Assembly (NCBI RefSeq): GCF_030373245.1
Contig: NZ_JAUCZF010000008.1
Coordinates: 49,865-113,864 of the forward strand
Source: Hydrogenophaga sp.
Lineage (GTDB): Bacteria > Pseudomonadota > Gammaproteobacteria > Burkholderiales > Burkholderiaceae_C
Direction: 5' to 3'
Length of the DNA stretch: 64,000 nt
Shown: positions 55,964 through 64,000 of the stretch, piece after piece
Layout of the letters: each line of letters opens with the position of its first letter
Numbering within the stretch: the stretch's first letter is position 1
The notes under the pieces: model-generated
What the model saw: only the letters and a program-made list of their open reading frames with translations
What the model was told of the DNA's origin: nothing
Databases searched by the model: none
Program-made: the position numbers and the translations under genes

Positions 55964-57505
55964 ATGTCAGAGGAAACCGAACTCAAGCTCAGCCTGCGCC
56001 GCCAGGACGTCCGCCGGTTGCTGGCCCATCCGCTGTTGCGCCAGCAAAAGCCGGCGCGCCAGCGCCTGGTCAACACCTATTTCGACACGCCCCAGCTCAC
56101 ACTCATGGGTCAGCGCATCGCTGTGCGCGAACGCCGCATCGGGCGCCGCACCTTGCTCACGGTGAAAACCGCCGGCAGCACCCAGGGCGGCGTCTCGCGC
56201 CGCGGCGAATGGGAAGGCCCGACCCGACCGGGTGAGATGGACTTTGCCAAGCTGGTGGACGATACCCAGCTGGCCCGGACACTGTCCAGCCTAACTGGGC
56301 AGTTGGTGCCCCTTTTTCGCAACGACTTTGTCCGGCTGAGCTGGGAGCTGGAGTACGCAGGCGCTCACATCGAAGTCGCGCTCGACCGGGGCCAGATCAC
56401 TGCCGGACACGCCTCCAGCCTGTCCCCTGACGCCGCTCAACGAGACATCCTGGAACTGGAACTGGAGCTGCAATCCGGGCCGGTGGAGGCGCTGCTGGAT
56501 CTGGCCCAAGCCCTGACCCAGGGACCCGACGGCAAGGCGAAGCGCGGTCTGTGGCTGTACCCGAGTGCGCGCAGCAAGGCCGAGCGGGGAATGGCCTTGT
56601 TTCTGGGCCAGCAGCCCGTGCCGATGAAGGCCGAGCCGGTGCCTCTTTGCGATCGGCTGTCTCGTACAGAGGCTTTCCGCACCATTGCCCTGGCCTGCCT
56701 GGTGCAGTGGCAGGCTCATGTTGCGCCCTGGCTGGAAGTCGAGGGAGACGCGCCAATAGACCCCGAGTTCGTGCACCAGGCCCGCGTGGCGCTTCGTCAG
56801 CTTCGCGCTGGTCTGCACCTGTTTGCGCCGGCCCTTCCTGCCCGTTTTGCCAGCCACTGGAATGCACGCTGGCAGCACGCTGCCAGGGCGCTCGGTGAGG
56901 CGCGCAACTGGGATGTGCTGGCCACCGAGGGCTGGGTCGACTGGCTGGGACCGATGGCAGATGACCCGGCGCTGCAACCTGTGCTCGCCTGGATTCAAGC
57001 GCAACGACAGCAGGCCAACCAGCGGGCTCGCGCCTGTCTGCACGAACCTGCCCATGCGCTGGACCTGCTCGCCTTCAGCCGGGCGGTGCTCGCGTGGCCC
57101 ACCGCGAAACGCCCACCGCGTTCCAAGTCGTTGTCCCGCTGGGCTTTGCGCCGGCTGCAACACCAGCATCGCCGGTTGCTGTTGAAGACCCGCAAGGCCT
57201 CCGGCAAAGGGACCAAAAGCCGCCATGCCCTGCGCGTGGCGCTCAAGAAGCAGCGTTACGCGCAAGAACTTCTCGGTGGCCTGCTGCCCAAGCGCTCTCG
57301 GCGCGACACTGCCCGCCTGGTCCAGGCGCAATCGCTGCTGGGCGAACTCAACGACCTGAGCACCGCACAGGCTTTGCTGGCCGACTGCCCGCTCGAGGAG
57401 GCAGCCGTGGTGCTCGCCAAGATCGATGCGCGACTGACGAGCCGGCTGCAGGGACTGAGAGCCGTGGAGCGGGCGCTGCTGAAGTCCCGTGCGCCAGGCG
57501 CCTGA
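55964..57505 (+). CDS. CYTH plus CHAD domain protein (inorganic triphosphatase YgiF-like)
   Basis: ExExK motif ETELKL, NTYFDTP, ELELEL. CHAD motifs VHQARVALRQLR, HALRVALKKQRY and LGELND. Confidence 0.88.
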   Translation: MSEETELKLSLRRQDVRRLLAHPLLRQQKPARQRLVNTYFDTPQLTLMGQRIAVRERRIGRRTLLTVKTAGSTQGGVSRRGEWEGPTRPGEMDFAKLVDDTQLARTLSSLTGQLVPLFRNDFVRLSWELEYAGAHIEVALDRGQITAGHASSLSPDAAQRDILELELELQSGPVEALLDLAQALTQGPDGKAKRGLWLYPSARSKAERGMALFLGQQPVPMKAEPVPLCDRLSRTEAFRTIALACLVQWQAHVAPWLEVEGDAPIDPEFVHQARVALRQLRAGLHLFAPALPARFASHWNARWQHAARALGEARNWDVLATEGWVDWLGPMADDPALQPVLAWIQAQRQQANQRARACLHEPAHALDLLAFSRAVLAWPTAKRPPRSKSLSRWALRRLQHQHRRLLLKTRKASGKGTKSRHALRVALKKQRYAQELLGGLLPKRSRRDTARLVQAQSLLGELNDLSTAQALLADCPLEEAAVVLAKIDARLTSRLQGLRAVERALLKSRAPGA

Positions 57506-57597
57506 GCGTGTCGCGTCGCATTGCGGCAACCGCTCTTTGCCAAGTCGGGTTCGGGGCGCCACAATCGCCGATATCCTGTCACCCAAGGGAAGTCGTC

Positions 57598-58044
57598 ATG
57601 TCATCGGTCACCTTGCGTTTTTTGGTCGAATCCAGCCACCTGGGGCACGGTGAACGGGTTCACGGCGGCACCGTGCTGCAGTGGATCGGGGAGGCCGGTT
57701 ATGCGTGTGCCACCCGCTGGGCGGAACGGCCATGCCAGCTGGTCTACATCAGCAGCGTGCGCTTCCGTCGCTCGGTACGGGCCCATGCCTTGGTCGAGGT
57801 CCAGGCCCGGCTGGCGTTCACTGGCGACACCAACATGAACATCGCAGTGGAGTTGCGCAGCGGCGACCTCACCGGCAGCCGCCAGGATCCGGTGGCCGAA
57901 TGCCTGGCGGTCTATGTCGCGCTCGGCGACGACGGGCGACCGCTGCCCATCACCAGCTGGACACCTGAAACTCCGGGCGAAATGGCCCTGGCCAGCACGG
58001 CACGCTCACACTTCGAAAACACGGCAGCGTCACCGCTGGAATAG
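57598..58044 (+). CDS. Acyl-CoA thioesterase (hotdog fold)
   Basis: GERVHGGTVLQWIGEAGYACA, V.FRRSV and YVALGDDGRP. Confidence 0.85.
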   Translation: MSSVTLRFLVESSHLGHGERVHGGTVLQWIGEAGYACATRWAERPCQLVYISSVRFRRSVRAHALVEVQARLAFTGDTNMNIAVELRSGDLTGSRQDPVAECLAVYVALGDDGRPLPITSWTPETPGEMALASTARSHFENTAASPLE

Positions 58045-58050
58045 CGCGCC

Positions 58051-58668
58051 TCAGGCCGCTGCGCTGGGGCGCTGCGCCACCCGATCACGCCAGGCCTGCA
58101 GGGCGTGCAAGCCCGCATCGGCTGGCCTGAGCTTGAGCAGCCGCGCAAATTCGAGCGTGCAGAACGCGGTGATGTCGGCAATGGTGAAGCGGTCGCCGGC
58201 CACCCAGGGCTGCGCCTGCAACAACCGATCCAGCCAGGCGGCGGTGTCCAGACCCTTGGCCTGCTGGGATGCTCCGAAGTCGGGGAACTGCGGCTGCTCC
58301 AGCAACGCCAGGCCCGGGTGCTGGTGGCGAATGGCATTGGCCAGCGGCAGCATCAGGTACCACTCCACGCGGCGGTCGGCCATTTCGATGAAGGCGCGCT
58401 CCTCCGAAGTAGCGCCCATGAGATTGGGCGCTGGGTACAGGCCTTCAAGGTAGGTGCAGATGGCACGGGTTTCGCTGAGCATGCGGCCATCGTCCAGCTC
58501 CAGGACCGGAATGCGAGCCAGCGGGTTGCGCTCGCGAAACGCGGCGCTGCGGTGTTCGTGGGCATTGATGTCCACCAGCACGGAATCGATACCGGTGATC
58601 TCCTTTTCGGCGATGAACATCTGGACCCTTCGCGGGTTGGGTGCGCGCTGCGACACGTAAAGCTTCAT
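58051..58668 (-). CDS. Glutathione S-transferase
   Basis: APNPRRV, NPLARIPVLELDDG..LSETRAI and FTIADIT. Confidence 0.9.
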   Translation of the reverse strand: MKLYVSQRAPNPRRVQMFIAEKEITGIDSVLVDINAHEHRSAAFRERNPLARIPVLELDDGRMLSETRAICTYLEGLYPAPNLMGATSEERAFIEMADRRVEWYLMLPLANAIRHQHPGLALLEQPQFPDFGASQQAKGLDTAAWLDRLLQAQPWVAGDRFTIADITAFCTLEFARLLKLRPADAGLHALQAWRDRVAQRPSAAA

Positions 58669-58844
58669 TTCCGAGAGACCTCTCAAGCGCCCGCCACGGT
58701 CATCCATGCGTGATGCATGCTCAGACCCCGCCAGGCGACTTAGTGTTTGAGCCCACGATCTGGGCCTTAGGCCCATGGTAGCCATCAGGCCCGCGCTTGT
58801 CGCGCCAAGCCTGTCCCGCACGGAACCGGTGGACTGGCGAGCCG

Positions 58845-60296
58845 TCAGAGCATAAAGCCGAGGTTGGTCGGGTAAGCGCCGCCGAAGTTGCCCAGATTCG
58901 GTGCGATCGCAGACATCTCGTTGCCTTCGACACCAAACCAGGTGGCCAAGGTGGCAGCGTACTGGTCGACCGAGGTGCTGGGCAGCAAGCGGCCCTGGCC
59001 CACATGCCATTGGTCGTTGGAATCGGTGCTGCTGTTGGTCACGCTCACGGGTGGCGCACTGCCGTAAAAGGCCTTGCCGCGCACCGCGCCACCCACCATC
59101 AGGTGGTGTGAGCCCCAGCCGTGGTCGGAGCCGTCACCGTTGCTCTGCAGGGTGCGACCAAAGTCGGAGGCGGTGAAGGCCGTGACCTTGTCGGCCACAC
59201 CCAAAGCCACCGTGGACTGGTAGAAAGCGGTCATACCAGCGCTCAACTGACCCATCAGATTCGTCTGGTTATTGATCAGGTTGTCGTGCAGGTCGAAGCC
59301 GCCCATGGAAACAAAAAACACCTGGCGTTTGGTACCCAACGTGTCGCGCGCCGCGATCATGCGCGCCACCAGCTTGAGCTGATCGGCCAGGCGGTTGCCC
59401 GCCGGGAAGGCGGCAAAGTCAGTCCCGCTCGCAGGGAATGCGTTCAAGGCATTGGTGACTGCGCTTTCGGTCGAGAAGGAGCGCGCGGTGACCAGGTTGT
59501 ATTCCCTCTCCAGCAGCTGGCTGCGCTCTTGCAAGGCCAGCGCCGTCATGGCGGCGCGCACCTCGGCTGAGTTGTACACGTTGCCGTTGAGACTGTTGAT
59601 TTTGACCGCACCACCGGTGCCGACCTGGTACGACAAGGCCTGGTCACCCGAGAGGAATACCGTGTTACCCGACACCGATATGCAGCTGAGCACGGGGTTG
59701 ACGCCATTGGACGACAGCGCGAGATCGCCCATCTGGCCACCCCAGCCGGTGCGTGCGCCTTCCGCGCGGGAGCTCTGCCATACCGACTGCTGATCGTTGT
59801 GCGAAAACAGCTTGGGCGGGCGCGGCACGCTGCCGTTGCTGTATTGGGTTCGCGTCATCGGTGCGATGAGGGGGCCGACGTTCAGTTGCACCGCAGCCGA
59901 GCCGCTGTTGAACAGGCCTGCCAGGCCAGTCATGGCCGGGTGCAATGCGTATTGCACGCCACCGGGAAGTGCCGTGGTCGGGCTAAGCAGCGTCGAAGCC
60001 AGCTCGGCACGCGGGATCGCGATGCCGCCACCGCTGAAGTCGGTGCGGCCGCCGCGGATGGTGTTGTACCGCTCGTAGCTGGTGGTGTCGTAATTGACCA
60101 CCGTATTGGCGTAGTCGTTGCCACCAAAAAGGAAAACGCAAACCAGCGCTTTGTAATCGTTTGCGTTGAAGGCAGCGGCCTCGCCCATGGCAACCAGGTT
60201 CAGCGCGGTGGGCAGGGCGGCGCCGGTGAAGGCGAGCTGGCCAGCGCGGCGCAGAAAGGCACGGCGGCTGTGTTGGTCAGGCTGGATGAAATGCAT
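58845..60296 (-). CDS. DUF1501 family protein, Tat-exported
   Basis: SRRAFL twin-arginine leader, YKALVCVFLFGGND, SHNDQQ, GGFDLH, SDFGRTL and GSDHGWG. Confidence 0.88.
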   Translation of the reverse strand: MHFIQPDQHSRRAFLRRAGQLAFTGAALPTALNLVAMGEAAAFNANDYKALVCVFLFGGNDYANTVVNYDTTSYERYNTIRGGRTDFSGGGIAIPRAELASTLLSPTTALPGGVQYALHPAMTGLAGLFNSGSAAVQLNVGPLIAPMTRTQYSNGSVPRPPKLFSHNDQQSVWQSSRAEGARTGWGGQMGDLALSSNGVNPVLSCISVSGNTVFLSGDQALSYQVGTGGAVKINSLNGNVYNSAEVRAAMTALALQERSQLLEREYNLVTARSFSTESAVTNALNAFPASGTDFAAFPAGNRLADQLKLVARMIAARDTLGTKRQVFFVSMGGFDLHDNLINNQTNLMGQLSAGMTAFYQSTVALGVADKVTAFTASDFGRTLQSNGDGSDHGWGSHHLMVGGAVRGKAFYGSAPPVSVTNSSTDSNDQWHVGQGRLLPSTSVDQYAATLATWFGVEGNEMSAIAPNLGNFGGAYPTNLGFML

Positions 60297-60309
60297 GATA
60301 AGGCTCCGC

Positions 60310-62085
60310 TTATTTCTGGACCAGATACTCTGGACAACCCATGACCATCAGGACGGCCGCCCAGACCCGTCGGTTCCTGTCGGTCGCGGAACTGTTGGCC
60401 GTGATGGCCCTGGCGTTGAGCGCGTTGACCATGATGGTCCGGCTCGCGTCCGACACCTGGCCCGCCGCCAGCGTCAGGCACAGGTGATCCACCAGCGCTC
60501 TCGCGTCCGTCACCAGGGCCAGCTCCCGGCTGTAGTTGGCCGTGACGTTGTTGGATGTGCCCAAACCCCGCTCGATCGTGCTCTGCATGAAGTTCAGGTA
60601 AGCCCCCACCGTGGTTTCGTTGACGATTTGAAACTCGGGCGCTGTGGCGCCTGCCTGAGCGAGCGAGGTGGAGGGGGGCACGTAACCCGGCCGGAAAAAA
60701 TTGAACACCGACGGGGAGCGCAACGGACTTTGCCCGAGCGACCCGCTGAGGTCATCCAGAAGCCAGCGGCCGTTGGACGAACTCGCGCTGAAGGTTCGCG
60801 CCCATTGGATGAATCGAACCATGGGCTCGCGCAACTTGCCCGCTGAGGGAGCGCTCAAGTTGTCAGGGCCGCGGGCCTCGTCATCGAGCAAGATCGCGGT
60901 CCAGACCGCTTGCAGATCTCCGCGAATACCGGCTCCGTTGTCGTTGAAGCGCCTCGCCACCCGAGCCACATAGGCAGGGCTGGGGTTGCTGGTCACCAGG
61001 CGCTGGATCATCTGGCGGGCAAAGAATGGGCCTACATTGGGATGGTTGAACAGCGTATCCATCGCGATGCGCAGGGCTTCAGGAGCAGGCGTGTTGGCTG
61101 GCACCACGGCGCCGAGGAAGCGCGCTTCAAGCGTGGAGTGGTCGCTGGCCTTGAGCGACATGGGCTTGCGTGCGAAGTCCTTGGTCTCAATGGTGCCACC
61201 ATTGGGCCGATTGAGGCGCACACCGTCGGAGCGGTCGAAATCGTAGCCCGTGAACACGCGCGCCAGGTTGCTCACGTCGTCCTCGGTATAGCTGGGAGTG
61301 CCCTGGCTGGTGCCATCCAGGTTGAGATTCACCAGGCCGATGGTGAACAGCTGCATGACCTCGCGCGAGTAGTTCTCGTCAGGCACGCGTCCGGTTCGCG
61401 TGTCTTCCTTGCGGTTGCCCTTGGTGTTGAGAAAGTACCCCATGGCCGGATGCAGGGTCACGTCTTCCAGCAACTGACGGTAGTTGCCAAACGCGTTGCG
61501 CACCAGCATGTCCCACCAGGACGCATAGGCGTGGCTGCGCCAGGTGAACTCGGCTGAACTCATGGAGCTCACGAAAAACTCCGACAAGGCCAGCGCCATG
61601 CGCTTGCGCATCGGGTCTGGGCCGCTGAGCAGCTGGCTCCACAACATGTTGCCCGCGGGCTGGGTCCTGAAGTACCACTCGTTGCTGTCCACGATCCCGT
61701 AGCCTTGCGACTCCAGCCAGCTCCATCCAGTGGGGCCTTGAGGTGTCTGATACTGCCGCGCCAGCCACATGGCGTAGCTGTCGCCCCGCACCGCGTTGAT
61801 CTCGTCGCGGGTCGAGGAAAACTGTGCCTGCTGCAGGAATCTGGCGGCGTCTTCGTCGGAACTGGCGCGAGCAAAACGGACTGCGCCAACCTGCTCGGCG
61901 GGCAGCGGGACCACCACCAGCGGTGGCGGGTCAATGCTGCCGGTGCCGCCTCCGCATGCCGCCAGCAAAGCAGCTGCTGACGCGGCGGCGGCCACCGCAG
62001 TCGTGCCAGCGCCAGCCTGTTGCACGTCCTCGCGTGCGGTGGCCGGTGGTTGAGGCAAGGTGTCGAGAACTTCGGAATCCCTCAT
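60310..62085 (-). CDS. DUF1800 family protein
   Basis: DPMRKRMALALSE, LLEDVTLHPAMGYFL, PDENYSREVMQLFTIG, KLREP and RSPSVFNFF. Confidence 0.88.
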   Translation of the reverse strand: MRDSEVLDTLPQPPATAREDVQQAGAGTTAVAAAASAAALLAACGGGTGSIDPPPLVVVPLPAEQVGAVRFARASSDEDAARFLQQAQFSSTRDEINAVRGDSYAMWLARQYQTPQGPTGWSWLESQGYGIVDSNEWYFRTQPAGNMLWSQLLSGPDPMRKRMALALSEFFVSSMSSAEFTWRSHAYASWWDMLVRNAFGNYRQLLEDVTLHPAMGYFLNTKGNRKEDTRTGRVPDENYSREVMQLFTIGLVNLNLDGTSQGTPSYTEDDVSNLARVFTGYDFDRSDGVRLNRPNGGTIETKDFARKPMSLKASDHSTLEARFLGAVVPANTPAPEALRIAMDTLFNHPNVGPFFARQMIQRLVTSNPSPAYVARVARRFNDNGAGIRGDLQAVWTAILLDDEARGPDNLSAPSAGKLREPMVRFIQWARTFSASSSNGRWLLDDLSGSLGQSPLRSPSVFNFFRPGYVPPSTSLAQAGATAPEFQIVNETTVGAYLNFMQSTIERGLGTSNNVTANYSRELALVTDARALVDHLCLTLAAGQVSDASRTIMVNALNARAITANSSATDRNRRVWAAVLMVMGCPEYLVQK

Positions 62086-62223
62086 CGCACTTCTCCTGAT
62101 TGGAAGTAGCGAGTGTAGAAAGTCACGACCGCGTTCGGGACTCCTGGTTGCAGGCTGTTACCGGCGAAGCGATGGAAGGCGAGCTTTGTGGCACCAGCGG
62201 CAACGCGATGCCGCTCATCGGCT

Positions 62224-63069
62224 TCAGGCCAGACGGGCGGCGGCCAACAAGTCGCGAGTGCGCAAAGCCTCGCGGCGGGCGGCGGCCGCGAAGTCTTCAC
62301 CGGCCGACGCGTACAGGATGGCGCGCGACGAATTGACGATGACCGCCCCCGTCGTGCGCCCAGCCGCATCAGCGCGATGCCCCGCGCGCACCGTGGCCAG
62401 CGCATCACCACCCTGCGCACCCACACCAGGAATGAGCAGCGGCAAGGTGGGCGCCAGCTCACGGACACGGGCAATTTCGTTGGGGTAAGTGGCACCCACC
62501 ACCAGGCCGAGTTGTCCGTTCAGATTCCAGGGCCCCTGTGCCAGCTGGGCCACGTGTTCGTACAGCAGGGGCTGCCCAGCGACAGAGGCCAAGCGCTGGT
62601 TCTGCAAATCGTCACCGCCGGGATTCGAGGTGCGGCACAGCAAAAAGGCGCCCTTGCCGTGGTGTTTCAGATAGGGCTGCACCGAATCGAAACCCATGAA
62701 CGGAGAGAGCGTGACAGCGTCGGCGCCATAGCGCTCGAAGGCTTCGATGGCGTACTGCTCGGCGGTGCTGCCGATGTCGCCGCGCTTGGCATCCAGGATC
62801 ACCGGCACCTGCGACGCCACGCGCTTCATGTGCGCCATCAGCCGCTCCAGCTGGTCCTCAGCGCGGTGCGCCGCGAAGTAGGCGATCTGGGGTTTGAATG
62901 CGATGACCGCGTCGGCTGTGGCCTCCACGATGGCAGCACAAAAATCGTAAATGCGACTGGCGTCGCCCTTGAGCGCACCTGGAAAACGGGCCGGGTCCGG
63001 GTCCAGGCCGACACACAGCAGGGACCGGTTGCGCACCTCGGCAGCGCCGAGCATCTCGATGAACGTCAT
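62224..63069 (-). CDS. pyrF: Orotidine-5'-phosphate decarboxylase
   Basis: [35 protein letters not shown] and NSSRAILYA. Confidence 0.96.
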   Translation of the reverse strand: MTFIEMLGAAEVRNRSLLCVGLDPDPARFPGALKGDASRIYDFCAAIVEATADAVIAFKPQIAYFAAHRAEDQLERLMAHMKRVASQVPVILDAKRGDIGSTAEQYAIEAFERYGADAVTLSPFMGFDSVQPYLKHHGKGAFLLCRTSNPGGDDLQNQRLASVAGQPLLYEHVAQLAQGPWNLNGQLGLVVGATYPNEIARVRELAPTLPLLIPGVGAQGGDALATVRAGHRADAAGRTTGAVIVNSSRAILYASAGEDFAAAARREALRTRDLLAAARLA

Positions 63070-63147
63070 GGGGCTGGATTTTACGGTTGCGCCCTGAGCG
63101 TCAGCGCCGAGACCACGCGAACCAAGACACACCACTACCATCGCGGC

Positions 63148-64000
63148 ATGCAAGCCCTCACCCGTCAGCAACTCACGTTGCTCGTTCTCATCACGCTGTT
63201 GTGGGGCGTCAACTGGCCGATCCTCAAGCTCGGCGTCTCCAGCTTCCCACCGCTGAGCTTTCGCGGTCTGAGCATCTGGATGGGCTTACCGGTGATCGCC
63301 ATGGTGCTGGTCTGGCGTCGCGTGCCGTTCACCGTGGGTCGGGCGCACTGGCGCCAGCTGGCGCTGCTCACCTTGTTCAACATGTTCTTCTGGCACACGC
63401 TGGCCATCCTCGCGGTGCAGTCCCTCTCCAGTGGGCGCGCGGCGATCCTGGGCTACACCATGCCGGTGTTCTCTGCCGTCTTCGGGGCGCTCTGGTTCGG
63501 CCAGCGCCTGATCCCACGCGCCTGGGTAGGCGTGGCCGCCGCCGCGCTGGGGGTGGTGCTACTGCTGTGGCATGAGATCACCCAGTTTTCAGGGCGCCCG
63601 CAAGGCGTGGCCATGATGCTGATGGCCGCCGCCGGCTGGGCCGTGGGCACGCAGCTGATGCGGCGCACGACCATTCCAGCGCCGACGCTGACGCTCGCTT
63701 TCTGGATGACGCTGTTCACCGCAATCTGGATGACACTGCTGGCCGTGCTGTTTGAACGCAACGCCTGGAGTTGGCCCGCGCCACCGGTCTGGGGCGCGGT
63801 GATCTACAACGCGCTGGCGATTTTTGCGTTTGCCCAGGTCGCCTGGCTGATGCTGGCGCGCGACCTGCCACCGATCGCCTCCACCCTCTCGGTGATGTTC
63901 ATTCCAGTGCTGGGCGTGTTCAGCGGTGCCTGGTGGCTGGGCGAAACCCTGCACTGGCAGGACTGGGCGGCAGTGGCACTGGTGGTCCTGGCGATCGGCA
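63148..64000 (+). CDS. DMT/EamA family transporter (3'-truncated by window)
   Basis: [32 protein letters not shown]. Frame is open to the window end, so the ORF track omits it. Confidence 0.85.
   Translation, partial: MQALTRQQLTLLVLITLLWGVNWPILKLGVSSFPPLSFRGLSIWMGLPVIAMVLVWRRVPFTVGRAHWRQLALLTLFNMFFWHTLAILAVQSLSSGRAAILGYTMPVFSAVFGALWFGQRLIPRAWVGVAAAALGVVLLLWHEITQFSGRPQGVAMMLMAAAGWAVGTQLMRRTTIPAPTLTLAFWMTLFTAIWMTLLAVLFERNAWSWPAPPVWGAVIYNALAIFAFAQVAWLMLARDLPPIASTLSVMFIPVLGVFSGAWWLGETLHWQDWAAVALVVLAIG

Overview
High-GC chromosomal segment of a betaproteobacterium, most likely Comamonadaceae, judged from gene content and order. It is mostly housekeeping genes: gshA, gshB, kup, proA, holA-lptE-leuS, exbBD, dapB, bamE, fur, hprK-ptsN-hpf, corA, mtnN, fadD, pntAB, nudJ, mnmA, ssb, uvrA and pyrF. 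Small accessory cassettes are wedged into normally contiguous gene pairs. I see no rRNA, tRNA, CRISPR array, integrase or transposase. The most notable signals are below gene level. (1) A palindromic REP-like element of about 80 bp (family A) has entered protein-coding sequence in frame twice. It forms three tandem 84-bp units at the N-terminus of a VF530/DUF2132 gene and a roughly 40-residue insertion inside UvrA, read in different frames in the two genes. A non-coding copy lies beside the hprK stop codon. (2) A second REP-like family (B, six copies) abuts stop codons with fixed polarity and supplies the last codons and stop of holA. (3) The corA leader holds a 17-codon, four-proline uORF and mutually exclusive stems, resembling an MgtL/CorL-type Mg2+ attenuator. 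(4) A PepSY gene reads ATG-TAA at codons 1-2. (5) A 16-bp TGTTGCA-nn-GCAGCAA motif recurs in intergenic DNA. All family assignments come from motif recognition by eye; no database searches were run.
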